A stretch of 59,080 nucleotides of DNA. Origin: Oscillospiraceae bacterium (lineage in GTDB: Bacteria > Bacillota > Clostridia > UBA1381). Positions 27,389 through 37,901 of the stretch are shown here, piece by piece; the stretch's first letter is position 1; the number at the start of each line of letters is the position of its first letter. The stretch is from assembly GCA_015068545.1 (NCBI GenBank), contig SVKH01000001.1, forward strand, positions 1 to 59,080. The letters are read 5' to 3'. A program made the position numbers and the translations under genes. Below the pieces are notes generated by a model, which was given only the letters and a program-made list of their open reading frames with translations, searched no databases and was not told the origin of the DNA.

Positions 27389-27463
27389 TGGAGCGGGTGA
27401 TGGGAATCGAACCCACACAGCCAGCTTGGAAGGCTGGAATTCTAGCCATTGAACTACACCCGC
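27389..27463 (-). tRNA. tRNA-Gly (anticodon UCC)
   Basis: The minus strand reads gcgggtgtagttcaatggctagaattccagcCTTCCAAgctggctgtgtgggttcgattcccatcacccgctcca. Confidence 0.9.
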
Positions 27464-27578
27464 ATATTCAATTAAGTTGATACATTCATCAACTGACCTT
27501 GTCTATTATAGCAGATGATACCATTTTTGTCAACACTTTTTTCTAAAAAAATATAATATTTTTTTGCACAATTATATA

Positions 27579-28715
27579 TCACATATTATTATTGTTTTTT
27601 GACATTTTATACACAGCCAAAGCAAGCTTTTCCATATCCCTTTTAGTTGAGAAGTATCCGAAGCCTGCGCGGATTGCGCCTCCTGATTCTGTACCTAGGG
27701 TTATGTGAGCAGGATATGCGCAGTGATAGCCTCCTCTTGTGGCAATGCTGTATTCGCGGTTTAAAATATCGGAGGCTGTCTGGGAGTCTATATCCTTAAT
27801 ATTAAATGCAACAGTTCCGTTTCGGTTGCCGTGAGTTAATCCATAGACCTTAACTCCTCTGATGTTGTTTAGGGAGGAGATAAGCTGCTGAGCAAGGTGC
27901 TTTTCGTGGTTTAATATATTTTCGCAGCCTACGTTTCGAACATATTTAACCGCTGTTGCCAAGGTCATGATTGCGGGAGTATTCAGCGTACCGGAATGCA
28001 GAATATCGGGAAACTGTGTAGGTTGCAGGAAGCTTTTTGACTCTGTGCCTGTTCCGCCTACTATAAGAGGGGATAGCTCTATGCCTTCCTTTACATAAAG
28101 TCCACCTGTGCCCAATGGACCCATAAGTCCTTTATGACCGGAAAATGCGAGGAGTGACACATTCATGTCCTCTACATCAATGGGCAATATTCCGGCAGAT
28201 TGGGCAGAATCAAGCAGAAATGGAATGCTATGCTTTTTACAGATTTTACCTATTTCTTTAATAGGCAAAACGCTGCCACATACATTGGATACATGTGTTG
28301 CTATTATAAGTTTTGTGTTGCTTTGTATGGCTTTTTCTATATCCTTTGGCAGAATTTCGCCTTTTTCGTTAGCATACACCATGGTATAATCGCAGATTTT
28401 ATGAACTGGACGTATCACGCTGTTGTGTTCCATGGAAGTGATTATTGCGTGGTCATCCGGTTTCAAAATTCCTGCTATTGCCATATTAAGTGCATGAGTT
28501 GCGTTGCAAGTAAATGCAATTCTTTCAGGAGCAGAGATGTTAAACAGCATTGCAAGCTCTTCCTGTGCGTTTATTATACCCTTTGCTCCGGAAATGCTTG
28601 CACTATGACCACCTCTGCCGGTATTAACGCTGAAATTTACGGTGTTTTTGTACATGGCATCGTATACGACTTTTGGCTTTTTGATGCTTGTGGCAGGGTT
28701 ATCAAGATATATCAT
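27579..28715 (-). CDS. class V aminotransferase-fold PLP enzyme (cysteine desulfurase / selenocysteine lyase-like)
   Basis: The start was placed at MIYLDNPATS. The PLP-Lys region SGHKGLMGP is present. It overlaps the upstream DUF3343 gene by 14 nt. Confidence 0.8.
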   Translation of the reverse strand: MIYLDNPATSIKKPKVVYDAMYKNTVNFSVNTGRGGHSASISGAKGIINAQEELAMLFNISAPERIAFTCNATHALNMAIAGILKPDDHAIITSMEHNSVIRPVHKICDYTMVYANEKGEILPKDIEKAIQSNTKLIIATHVSNVCGSVLPIKEIGKICKKHSIPFLLDSAQSAGILPIDVEDMNVSLLAFSGHKGLMGPLGTGGLYVKEGIELSPLIVGGTGTESKSFLQPTQFPDILHSGTLNTPAIMTLATAVKYVRNVGCENILNHEKHLAQQLISSLNNIRGVKVYGLTHGNRNGTVAFNIKDIDSQTASDILNREYSIATRGGYHCAYPAHITLGTESGGAIRAGFGYFSTKRDMEKLALAVYKMSKNNNNM

Positions 28716-28956
28716 GGTAAACCCTCTTTTCGCCTGAGCCTTCTGGGATGTATATTTTTTTGACGTAATTACCTTTAAAAGCCCTGATGAATCCTTCGTT
28801 TTCAAGGCTGGCAATAACCGAATATGAGCAACCACCACCGCCAAGCTCTATGGGTGTACTTATAACTCTCGCTTTGATATCACCTCTGCTTTTTAGTTTT
28901 TTTTCAAGACGTACCGCAGTGGTTATAGGACCAACTACCGCCAAGATTTCTGACAT
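28702..28956 (-). CDS. DUF3343-like small protein (putative S/Se carrier-associated)
   Basis: It is 84 aa. The pattern ...ARVISTPIELGGGGCSYSV... is typical of DUF3343 proteins that accompany class V desulfurases, as recalled from memory. Confidence 0.55.
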   Translation of the reverse strand: MSEILAVVGPITTAVRLEKKLKSRGDIKARVISTPIELGGGGCSYSVIASLENEGFIRAFKGNYVKKIYIPEGSGEKRVYHDIS

Positions 28957-29022
28957 ATTCCCACTCCTTTCAATACTTATATATTATAATATGAAAGTGC
29001 AAGAAAAAAGGCACAGCTTATG

Positions 29023-29790
29023 CTATGCCTTATTGAGAATCAATTGAGAAAGTGCGTATGCTACGCCGTTGTCGCGGCAGGATTTTGTGATAAAGTCTGC
29101 CTTTTCCTTCATAAAATTCGGTGCATTTCCCATTACAACGCCTATTCCAGCGGCATCCAGCATATCTATGTCGTTGGCAGAATCTCCCATAGCTATGGTG
29201 TTCTCCGGCTTGATGCCAAGCTTATTCGCGACAATTTCTATTGCTTTTGATTTGGAACATCCATGTGGACAGCACTCTGTGTATCCCTCGTGCACAAAGG
29301 TGGTGCCTATTTCTTCCCAAAACTCCATCTGCTCCGGCGTCCAGGTGGTTTTTCTGCTTTCGATTTTTTGGAACTTGGAGTTTTTGCAGTTTTCGTACAA
29401 ATACTCCACCGATGGAATTTCGGTAAAATACATACGATAATCCTCAAGCGGATTTACAGCATATCCGCAGTCAACTGACGTGATTATGCCGGGAAAACCT
29501 GTATCAAGAAACATCCGCACAGCTTTTTCTACCGTATCGAAGGGGAAAAAGTTTTCAAAGATTACGTCCTCTCCGAAGGTGATGCGAGAGCCAAGCCCCG
29601 AAATGTATCCGTCAAAGCTGTGGAATTTTGATGCTATTGGCTCTATGCCTTGGTGATTTCTGCCGGTGCTGATGAAAACGTAGTGTCCTAAATCCTGCAC
29701 CAGTTTTAAAACCTTACAGTTTTCTTCGGATACTTTATTTTCCAGACTAAGTGTTCCATCAAAATCAAGAAAAATTGCCCGTTTTTCCAT
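29023..29790 (-). CDS. Cof-type HAD-IIB phosphatase
   Basis: It has DFDGTL motif I and a C-terminal GDSANDIDML motif. Confidence 0.85.
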   Translation of the reverse strand: MEKRAIFLDFDGTLSLENKVSEENCKVLKLVQDLGHYVFISTGRNHQGIEPIASKFHSFDGYISGLGSRITFGEDVIFENFFPFDTVEKAVRMFLDTGFPGIITSVDCGYAVNPLEDYRMYFTEIPSVEYLYENCKNSKFQKIESRKTTWTPEQMEFWEEIGTTFVHEGYTECCPHGCSKSKAIEIVANKLGIKPENTIAMGDSANDIDMLDAAGIGVVMGNAPNFMKEKADFITKSCRDNGVAYALSQLILNKA

Positions 29791-30563
29791 TATTTTATTA
29801 AATCTCCTACTCCGTTTGCTATGTATTTTGGTCTGTATGGGAAGTTATCTATATCCTCCATAGATGTAACGCCGCTAAGAACCAAAACTGTATCTATATT
29901 AGACTCTATTCCTGCAATGATGTCGGTGTCCATTCTGTCGCCTATGAACGCAATTTCATTACTGTGACAATTGATTTTGTTAAGGCCGTGACGAAGCATA
30001 AGAGGATTCGGCTTTCCTACAAAGTATGCCTTTTTGCCTGTGGCAATCTCTATTGGAGCTATCAGCGAGCCGGTAGCAGGCATAATTCCTTTTTCGGTAG
30101 GACCTGTTATGTCCGGATTGGCACCTATGAGCTTTGCACCTTTTAAAACAAGTTCTATTGCTTTTTCTATCTTTTCAAAGCTGTATGTTCTGGTTTCACC
30201 TACTACTACATAATCAGGGTTGACATCATTCATATAAATTTTGTGGTCGTAAAGTGCCTTGGTAAGTGCGGCTTCGCCTATAACGTATGCGGTACACCCC
30301 GGTTTTTGAGAATGTAAAAATTCTGCAGTCGCCATAGCGCTTGTATAAAAATGGTCGGGAGATACCAAAAGTCCCATTCTTTCTAACTTCATACTAAGCT
30401 CGTGAGGCGTCTTTTCCGGACTGTTTGTCAAAAACACAAACTTTTTGTTGTTGTCGATCAACCAGTTAACAAATTCAAAAACTCCGTCAAGAATTTTGTT
30501 GCCGTGATATATAACTCCGTCCATATCACATATAAAACCAACTTTTTCCAAGATCTCTTTCAT
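29790..30563 (-). CDS. HAD-IIA family hydrolase (NagD-like)
   Basis: It has DMDGVIYHG motif I, LTNS, and GDRMDTDI motif IV. Confidence 0.85.
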   Translation of the reverse strand: MKEILEKVGFICDMDGVIYHGNKILDGVFEFVNWLIDNNKKFVFLTNSPEKTPHELSMKLERMGLLVSPDHFYTSAMATAEFLHSQKPGCTAYVIGEAALTKALYDHKIYMNDVNPDYVVVGETRTYSFEKIEKAIELVLKGAKLIGANPDITGPTEKGIMPATGSLIAPIEIATGKKAYFVGKPNPLMLRHGLNKINCHSNEIAFIGDRMDTDIIAGIESNIDTVLVLSGVTSMEDIDNFPYRPKYIANGVGDLIK

Positions 30564-30591
30564 AATATTTTCTCCTTATTGTAAAATTATT

Positions 30592-31422
30592 CTATATTCC
30601 GTGAAACTCGTTGTAAACGTCACGTTTTGGTACATTTCGGTCTTTTGCTGCCTTTTTTATGGCGTCCTTGGGATCGTCACCGTCATTTATGTATTTTTCT
30701 ACATGCTCCTTTGCGGTAATATTCTGCCACCATATATCCTCAGCCGCTTTTTCGGCACCTTCTATGATTATAACATACTCGCCTTTTGGAGATTTTTCGG
30801 TATAAAGGGACTGAGCTTCCTCCAAGGTGGTACGGATAATCTCCTCGTGCAACTTTGTAAGCTCTCGGCACAGAGCAATTTTTCGGTTGCCCAAAATATC
30901 CAGCATATCTTTCAGAGTGTAGATAAGCTTGTGAGGTGCTTCGTAGAAAATAAGGGTATGTGTGTCATTTTTTACACTTTCCAAATGCTCGTGGCGATGC
31001 CGTTTATTCACCGAAAGAAAGCCTTCAAATGCAAATCTCTTGGTGGAAAGTCCCGAAAGAATCAGGGCATTCACTCCGGCTACACATCCTGGGATGGAGG
31101 TGATATTAAGGTCATTTTCTATACACAGCTTTACAAGATCCTCACCGGGATCGGATATGGCAGGTGTGCCTGCATCCGAGACGAGTGCTACGTTTTTTCC
31201 TTCCTTTAGCAGGCTTACTATGTATTCGCCTTTTTCACGTTTGTTATGCTCGTGATAGCTTGTAAGCTGTTTATGTATATCAAAATAATTAAGAAGCTGA
31301 ACAGTCCTTCTGGTATCCTCGCAGGCGATAAGGTCTACCATATTAAAAACCTCTAAAAGTCTGTGGGACACATCGCCTAAATTACCGATAGGTGTTGCAC
31401 ATAAATATAAAGTACCTGTCAT
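30592..31422 (-). CDS. rsmI: 16S rRNA (cytidine1402-2'-O)-methyltransferase
   Basis: It has the N-terminus GTLYLCATPIGNLGDVS and the tetrapyrrole-methylase-fold motifs typical of RsmI. Confidence 0.9.
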   Translation of the reverse strand: MTGTLYLCATPIGNLGDVSHRLLEVFNMVDLIACEDTRRTVQLLNYFDIHKQLTSYHEHNKREKGEYIVSLLKEGKNVALVSDAGTPAISDPGEDLVKLCIENDLNITSIPGCVAGVNALILSGLSTKRFAFEGFLSVNKRHRHEHLESVKNDTHTLIFYEAPHKLIYTLKDMLDILGNRKIALCRELTKLHEEIIRTTLEEAQSLYTEKSPKGEYVIIIEGAEKAAEDIWWQNITAKEHVEKYINDGDDPKDAIKKAAKDRNVPKRDVYNEFHGI

Positions 31423-32153
31423 TTTCCGTATATCCTTTTCAATTCATCAGTTTCGGTACCGTCCTCGTTATACATAAATAGAGGAGGCATAATTCTAAGT
31501 TCTATTCCGCCTTTGTAAGCTCCGTCAACCAGTACTAAAGATGGCTCGGTATCAGGCGCCTTGTGAGCAAATCTTATACGCTTTGGTTCTATTTCGTATT
31601 TTCGCATAAGGCATATTATGTCGGCAAGACGTGTGGGCTTGTGTACTAATACAAGATGACCTTTTTGCTTTAAAAGTTTGGCAGATGCACAGATTACATC
31701 CTCCAAATTACACATTACCTCGTGACGTGCAATGATTTTGCTGTCGGATGGGTTGGTAACTGCAGAGCCCACCGGCATATATGGTGGGTTGCAGGTTATT
31801 AGGTCAAATACACGCTTTGAGTATATCTTGTCCGATTCCTTCAGGTCGCCTTGCTGAACCTTTATCTTGTCATCAAGTCCGTTAAGGCTAACGCACCTTT
31901 GCGCCATTTCGCATATTTCATCCTGAATTTCTAAAGCACAAAACTCTTTAGTGTTAGTTTTGGCAGAAAGAAGGATAGGTACAACTGCGCTACCTGTACA
32001 TAAATCTAATGTTTTTACAGAGTGCAGTGTTTTTGCAAAATCGGAAAGAAGTACTGCGTCTACGCCGAATCGGAAGCCGTCCGTTTTTTGAATAAGTTTC
32101 AGCCCGCAAAGCTGTAAATCTTCTAAAGACTCGTCATTTTTAAGAAGTTCCAT
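31419..32153 (-). CDS. N6-adenine methyltransferase, tRNA1(Val) m6A37 (TrmN6/YfiC)-like
   Basis: It has the SAM motif LDLCTGSA and the NPPY motif (CNPPYMP). Confidence 0.75.
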   Translation of the reverse strand: MELLKNDESLEDLQLCGLKLIQKTDGFRFGVDAVLLSDFAKTLHSVKTLDLCTGSAVVPILLSAKTNTKEFCALEIQDEICEMAQRCVSLNGLDDKIKVQQGDLKESDKIYSKRVFDLITCNPPYMPVGSAVTNPSDSKIIARHEVMCNLEDVICASAKLLKQKGHLVLVHKPTRLADIICLMRKYEIEPKRIRFAHKAPDTEPSLVLVDGAYKGGIELRIMPPLFMYNEDGTETDELKRIYGK

Positions 32154-32156
32154 AGA

Positions 32157-33173
32157 TTAACCCTTTGTAAATACATAAGTGTTTTCCGGCATTTTATCCA
32201 TATTTTCGCAAACTGAGCTTGCACCGCGAAGTACGCACATATCTGCATCTTCTGCAAGGAAAACCTTTACGTTAAGCTCTATTCTAAGTCTTTTTGCCAG
32301 TCCGTACAGTTGTGCTCCGCCGCCTATCAGCAGTATTCCGTCTTCCATAATGTCACCCAAAAGCTCGGTAGGAGTTTCATCTAGCATTGCCTTTATCTCG
32401 GTCACAATCCTTGATATAAGGTCAGAAAAGGCTTCTCTTGTTTCTTCAGAGCGTACTATAATCTTGTCCGGTTTTTCTGATTTTATATTATAGCCGGAAA
32501 CTTCGCACATTTCGTCATCATCTCTTTGGAATGCACAGCCTATTTCCTTTTTAATTCTTTCGGCAGTATGAGTGCCTATCAAAAGTCCGTGCTTTTCCTC
32601 TACATATTTAATAAGAGCTTCGGTAAAGTCATTACCGCCTACCTTTACAGAACGTCCTAAAACCGTCTGATTAAGGGAAATTGCCGCAATGTCACAGCTT
32701 CCGCTGCCAATATCCACAAGCATCATACCTCTTGCAAGACTTACGTCGCAGTTTGCGCCTATGGCACCTGCAATAGGAGCTTCTATCACAAAAACTTCAC
32801 GAATGCCGGATGCTCTTACTACATCGCACATAGCTCTCTTTTCCACATCAGTAATACCGCAAGGGATGCTTACCATAGCTCTTGGCTTTATCATAGAGCC
32901 TGTTATTTTGGACAAAAATCCCTGAAGCATCTGACAAGCAAGCTCGAAGTTTGCTATAACGCCCTTGGAAAGAGGCTTTACCACAGTAATTGCCTCTGGA
33001 TTTTTCTCTATCATGTTATAGGCTTCTGTGCCTATGGCGATAAGGTGGCCGTCGTAACTGTCTATGGCGATGACGGACGGCTCATTTGTGATAATTCCTT
33101 TATAATAAACACGGGTATTGTCTGTGCCCATGTCAATAGCAATATTATTTGAGAATGAACCAAATTTCATCAA
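32157..33173 (-). CDS. MreB/Mbl-like actin homolog
   Basis: It has IAIDMGTDNTRVY phosphate-1, DIGSGSCDIA phosphate-2 and LIGGGAQL adenosine motifs. Confidence 0.85.
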   Translation of the reverse strand: MMKFGSFSNNIAIDMGTDNTRVYYKGIITNEPSVIAIDSYDGHLIAIGTEAYNMIEKNPEAITVVKPLSKGVIANFELACQMLQGFLSKITGSMIKPRAMVSIPCGITDVEKRAMCDVVRASGIREVFVIEAPIAGAIGANCDVSLARGMMLVDIGSGSCDIAAISLNQTVLGRSVKVGGNDFTEALIKYVEEKHGLLIGTHTAERIKKEIGCAFQRDDDEMCEVSGYNIKSEKPDKIIVRSEETREAFSDLISRIVTEIKAMLDETPTELLGDIMEDGILLIGGGAQLYGLAKRLRIELNVKVFLAEDADMCVLRGASSVCENMDKMPENTYVFTKG

Positions 33174-33299
33174 ATATTCCTCCTTATTGTATCATAACTC
33201 TATTTTACATCAAACTGAACCAAAAATCAATAAAAACTATTGAAATAATTATATTCAAGTGGTATAATTATAAGATACAAAAAATAAGGAGGGCGGAGA

Positions 33300-36200
33300 A
33301 TGAAGATAACAGACAGTGATATCAAAAAAATCTGTTCTGACGGTATTTTTCGTGCGGGCTGTGACTACCAGAAGGAAGGCCGTGTTCATATAAGAGTCCG
33401 TAGTGAAGAAAGCGTGGTGGCGTCTGTTGACAGCGATAAGCTGTACAATGTCCATATTGGTTTTGATGCCAGCGGAAATATCAGCGAAACGTTCTGTACC
33501 TGCCCTTATTATCAGACTATGGGAGTGAGCTGTAAGCATATAGTTGCCACATTAAAGACGCGTCAGGCAGAGCTGGAAAGCGGAGAGGATTTTTCCGACG
33601 ATAACGACAGACTTGCCAGAAATCTTTGCTCATCCTTTGAGGAACTCAGCAGAGAAAAAATACCGCTTCATGCCGGTTTTGTCTTTAATATCAGTACAAA
33701 TCACAAAAGAGAATGTTCCTACTCTATGTCTATAAGACTAGGTTATTCCGAAACGCTGATAGCAGGAGTGGAGAGCTTTTTGGAAGCGTATGCAACAGGT
33801 GGAGAATATAAGCTTTCAAAACACAAAACCTATACAAGTGGCACCTATGCTATGGGAGTGAATGAGGAGCATATAATAAAGATTCTTTCCGAGGCATATC
33901 AGAACAAAGCCTTTTCCGGTAACTATTATACAAAAAAGCTGACAGCTACCGATTTTGGAGCATACACAGCAAGCCGTATTTTCCCTCTTTTAAAAAATGT
34001 GGATATCAGGTTTAATATAAATGGTATGCCATATCCTGGTATAATGATTCGTGAAGAGGATCCGGATATTCTGGTGGACGTAACCGCCACTGATGACAAC
34101 ATCAATATCTCCATACCGCAAAGTGGAATGGCACTTGTGCCGGATGGAAGTTGGTTTTTGTACGATGGTGATATTTACAGGACTACGATATCATGGCGTA
34201 GCTGGTATATGCCGATATATCGGGCTCTTGCCACCGAAAGCCGTACCCAGATAGATTTTAAAGGCGCAAATTCCATTTCCTTTGCCACAAATGTCCTGCC
34301 ATGGATAAGGCACAAAAAGGGAGTGATAGCCCAAGGAATAGAGAACGTAATAGTGGATTCCAAGCCGGGGTTTGATATATATTTTGACCGTTACGATGAC
34401 GGTATTTCCGCGGTTGTTATAGCAAAGTACGGGAATATTTCGCTAAGACTTCCCGAAGAGGAAGTAAGTCAGGATAAAATAATAGTTCGTTGCATAAACG
34501 AGGAAAAAAACATCCTGTCACACTTTAAAAACTTTACCGAAGTGGGTAAAACCTTCTACCTTTCGGATAGTGATGATTTATTTGAATTTTTTACAATAAC
34601 ACTAAAAAAGCTGTCTATGCTTGCCATTATACATCCGTCTGACAGCTTCCTTGCCATGCACACAAAAGTAGGTCCGGATTTTTCCGGTAAGGTGAGCTAC
34701 AATAAGGAGATAGACCTTTTGGAGGTGGATTTTGACACTAATATATCACCTTCGGAAGTAGCCGGCATTCTTAGTGCATTAAGGCATAAGAAAAGCTATT
34801 ACAGGATGAAGGACGGTTCATTTTTGGATATGGAGGGTGATGTGACTGTCCTTGACGTTTTAAACACCTTGGATTTTTCCTATCAGGAGCTTAAAGAGGG
34901 TAAGAAGGTTTTGTCAAAGTACAATGCTCTCTACCTTATGGGTTTAGTGGAAAACGGAGAAATCAGTCAGGATGAAGGCTTCGAAGCTCTGTGTGATGAT
35001 ATAAAAAGCATTCGTGCCGATATACCGGACTATCTTGAAAATGTTTTGCGTGACTATCAAAAGACAGGTGTTCATTGGATGAAACAGCTAGCAACGCTAG
35101 GGTTTGGAGGAATCCTTGCCGATGATATGGGTCTTGGAAAAACCTTGGAAGTTATTGCGTTTATCGCAAGTGAAAAAAAGGAAAATGCCGGTGCAAAGCT
35201 GCCGACTTTAGTAGTTTGTCCAAGTGCTCTTACCTATAACTGGTTGGGTGAAATTGTACGTTTTGCGCCCGACCTTAAGGCTTGTATAATAGAAGGGACA
35301 AAGGAGGAAAGAAAGAGACTTTTGGGTTGTACCGAGGACTATGATTTTATTATTACGTCCTATCCTCTTTTGCGACGTGATATTGCAGAATATGTGGAAA
35401 AAAGCTTTGCCTACTGCATTTTAGACGAATCACAGCATATTAAAAATCCAAGGACGCTTAGTGCAAAGGCAGTAAAAAGGATCAAAGCTATGGGATACTT
35501 TGCTCTAAGCGGTACTCCTGTGGAAAATTCTCTTTCCGAGCTGTGGTCTGTTTTCGACTTTATAATGCCGGGGTACTTGCACTCTTTGGCAAGATTTACC
35601 GAAAGATATATAAATCCCATTACCAGAAGTGATGACGAAACCGCTATGGATGCTCTTAGGAAAAAGATAAAGCCTTTCGTTTTGCGAAGAATGAAGTACG
35701 AGGTTTTAAAGGAATTGCCGGAAAAGATAGAGAATACCTTCTTTGCCGAGCCGGATTCTCATCAGAAAAAGCTGTATTCTGCCTATCTTGCGGTATCTCG
35801 GCAGGAAATATCTGTATCGGGAATTTCGGATAATATGAAAATCCTCTCTCTTCTTATGCGTCTGAGGCAGATTTGCTGTCACCCGAAGTTGGTGGATGAG
35901 AGCTACGAAAATGATAGTGGAAAACTGAACCTTTTGGAGGATTTAGTGGAAAGCGGCATAAAATCCGGACACAGAATACTGATATTTTCCCAGTTTACCT
36001 CCATGCTTTCCATTATAAGAGAAAGACTTGCGCAAATGGATATAGATTGCTTCTATCTTGACGGGCAGACATCATCTCACGCAAGAGTAGATTTTGCCGA
36101 CAGATTCAATAGCGGAGAAAAAAAGGTGTTTTTGGTATCCTTAAAGGCAGGAGGCACAGGCCTTAACCTTATTGGAGCCGATATGGTGATTCATTATGAC

Positions 36201-36425
36201 CCATGGTGGAATCCCGCGGCTGTGGAGCAGGCTTCCGATCGTGCATACCGTATAGGCCAGACCAAGGCGGTCCATGTTATAAAATTAGCCACAAAGGGAA
36301 CCATAGAGGAGCAAATATTAAAACTTCAGGAAAAGAAAAAGAATCTGGCAGACGGAGTAATCCGCACAAATTCTTCCATGCTATCCAGCCTTTCGAAGGA
36401 GGAAATTATGGAGCTTTTTAAATAA
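33300..36425 (+). CDS. SNF2-family helicase with N-terminal SWIM zinc finger (YwqA-like)
   Basis: It has SWIM CxC...CxH (CTCPYY...CKH), DEXQ-box ILDESQHIKN and helicase C motifs (QASDRAYRIGQ). Confidence 0.9.
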   Translation: MKITDSDIKKICSDGIFRAGCDYQKEGRVHIRVRSEESVVASVDSDKLYNVHIGFDASGNISETFCTCPYYQTMGVSCKHIVATLKTRQAELESGEDFSDDNDRLARNLCSSFEELSREKIPLHAGFVFNISTNHKRECSYSMSIRLGYSETLIAGVESFLEAYATGGEYKLSKHKTYTSGTYAMGVNEEHIIKILSEAYQNKAFSGNYYTKKLTATDFGAYTASRIFPLLKNVDIRFNINGMPYPGIMIREEDPDILVDVTATDDNINISIPQSGMALVPDGSWFLYDGDIYRTTISWRSWYMPIYRALATESRTQIDFKGANSISFATNVLPWIRHKKGVIAQGIENVIVDSKPGFDIYFDRYDDGISAVVIAKYGNISLRLPEEEVSQDKIIVRCINEEKNILSHFKNFTEVGKTFYLSDSDDLFEFFTITLKKLSMLAIIHPSDSFLAMHTKVGPDFSGKVSYNKEIDLLEVDFDTNISPSEVAGILSALRHKKSYYRMKDGSFLDMEGDVTVLDVLNTLDFSYQELKEGKKVLSKYNALYLMGLVENGEISQDEGFEALCDDIKSIRADIPDYLENVLRDYQKTGVHWMKQLATLGFGGILADDMGLGKTLEVIAFIASEKKENAGAKLPTLVVCPSALTYNWLGEIVRFAPDLKACIIEGTKEERKRLLGCTEDYDFIITSYPLLRRDIAEYVEKSFAYCILDESQHIKNPRTLSAKAVKRIKAMGYFALSGTPVENSLSELWSVFDFIMPGYLHSLARFTERYINPITRSDDETAMDALRKKIKPFVLRRMKYEVLKELPEKIENTFFAEPDSHQKKLYSAYLAVSRQEISVSGISDNMKILSLLMRLRQICCHPKLVDESYENDSGKLNLLEDLVESGIKSGHRILIFSQFTSMLSIIRERLAQMDIDCFYLDGQTSSHARVDFADRFNSGEKKVFLVSLKAGGTGLNLIGADMVIHYDPWWNPAAVEQASDRAYRIGQTKAVHVIKLATKGTIEEQILKLQEKKKNLADGVIRTNSSMLSSLSKEEIMELFK

Positions 36426-36503
36426 ATATATATCTTGATTTTTTATATGCACGGTGCTATAATCGAAAGAGTTAAATGATTTTTAATTTAAGAGGGAAAA
36501 GGA

Positions 36504-37862
36504 ATGAATATTATAATTGTTGGTTGCGGAAAGGTAGGTCAAAAGCTTGCTGAGCAGCTTAGTCAGGAGAAAATACACAATATAACTGTTTTGGACACAA
36601 GGTATAATGTAATTCAGGACCTTATAAACCAATTCGATATTATGGGAGTTGTGGGTAGTTGTACTGATATTGACGTTCTGGCAGAAGCAGGAGTAAAGGA
36701 CGCCAACATACTTATCGCAGTAACCGGTTCGGATGAGCTGAACCTTCTCACCTGCCTTATGGCAAAGAAAACAGGTAATTGCCAGACAATAGCCAGAGTA
36801 AGAAGACCGGAATATTCAAAGGAGCTTCATATATTCAAGGAGGACTTAGGTCTTGCCATGATAATCAATCCGGAGCAAACCGCTGCCGCAGAAATGGCAA
36901 GGATATTGCGTGCGCCTTCTGCTATACAGATAGATACCTTTGCTAAGGGAAGGGCAGAGATTATAAAGTTTAAAATAGGCGAAAAATCGCCTCTTGAGGA
37001 TGTTCGCATAGCGGATATTATAAAAAAGATAGACTCTGATATACTGGTCTGCGGTGTAGAACGTGGGGAAGATGCCTTTATTCCGGGCGGTGATTTTATA
37101 CTTCGCCGCGGAGATTTGGTCAGCATCGTAGCCACATTAAAAAGCGGTGTGGACTTCTTTAAGAAAATCGGATTTAACACAAATCGGGTGCGTGACACCA
37201 TTATAGTTGGAGGTGGAGATACAGCATATTATCTTGCAAAAATTTTGCTGGCCACCGGTGTAAAGGTAAAGCTTGTGGAAAAGAATGAGCAAAGGTGTGA
37301 GGAGCTGTGCAGTAAGTTGCCTAAGGCTACTATAATAAACGGCGACGGCACAGACAACAACCTGCTTTTGGAGGAAGGGCTGGAATATGCCCAGTCCTTT
37401 GTTTCCATGACTAATATAGACGAGGAAAATATTCTTCTTTCCCTTTATGCAAAGAGCAAAATGGAAGGAAAGGTTATTACAAAGGTAAACCGTGTTTCCT
37501 ATGACGATGTAATAGACGGACTGGATTTGGGCAGTGTGATATATCCTAAAAACATCACTGCCGACCATATTGTAAAGTTCGTCCGTGCTATGAATAATTC
37601 CATAGGAAACAATATTGAAACCATGCACGTCATATTGGGGGGTAATGCAGAAGCTTTGGAATTTAGAATAAGGGAAAACTCCAAGGTTACAGGTATTCCG
37701 CTTAGCGAAATTAAGCTAAAATCCAATACCTTGATTGCCTGTATCAACCGAAGCGGAAATATAATTCTGCCTCGTGGTCGTGATACTATTGAGGTTGACG
37801 ATACTGTTATAGTAGTTACCACAAATCATGGATTCAACGATATCAAAGACATATTGGAATAA
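36504..37862 (+). CDS. trkA: Trk potassium uptake system NAD-binding subunit
   Basis: It has two RCK/TrkA-N Rossmann repeats (IIVGCGKVG, IVGGGDTA). It is 452 aa. Confidence 0.9.
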   Translation: MNIIIVGCGKVGQKLAEQLSQEKIHNITVLDTRYNVIQDLINQFDIMGVVGSCTDIDVLAEAGVKDANILIAVTGSDELNLLTCLMAKKTGNCQTIARVRRPEYSKELHIFKEDLGLAMIINPEQTAAAEMARILRAPSAIQIDTFAKGRAEIIKFKIGEKSPLEDVRIADIIKKIDSDILVCGVERGEDAFIPGGDFILRRGDLVSIVATLKSGVDFFKKIGFNTNRVRDTIIVGGGDTAYYLAKILLATGVKVKLVEKNEQRCEELCSKLPKATIINGDGTDNNLLLEEGLEYAQSFVSMTNIDEENILLSLYAKSKMEGKVITKVNRVSYDDVIDGLDLGSVIYPKNITADHIVKFVRAMNNSIGNNIETMHVILGGNAEALEFRIRENSKVTGIPLSEIKLKSNTLIACINRSGNIILPRGRDTIEVDDTVIVVTTNHGFNDIKDILE

Positions 37863-37901
37863 AGGACACCGTGTTATATCGGCATAAAAACGGAGAAAGC
37901 T

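Noticed and set aside
33300-36425. The large SNF2 helicase with a SWIM zinc finger was considered as a possible phage-defence component (DISARM/BREX/Zorya-like).
   Set aside because: It stands alone between housekeeping genes (MreB-like, trkAH). It has no methyltransferase, nuclease, PLD or other partner genes. It has the architecture of the widely conserved Firmicutes YwqA-type protein. Nothing in the sequence supports a defence island.
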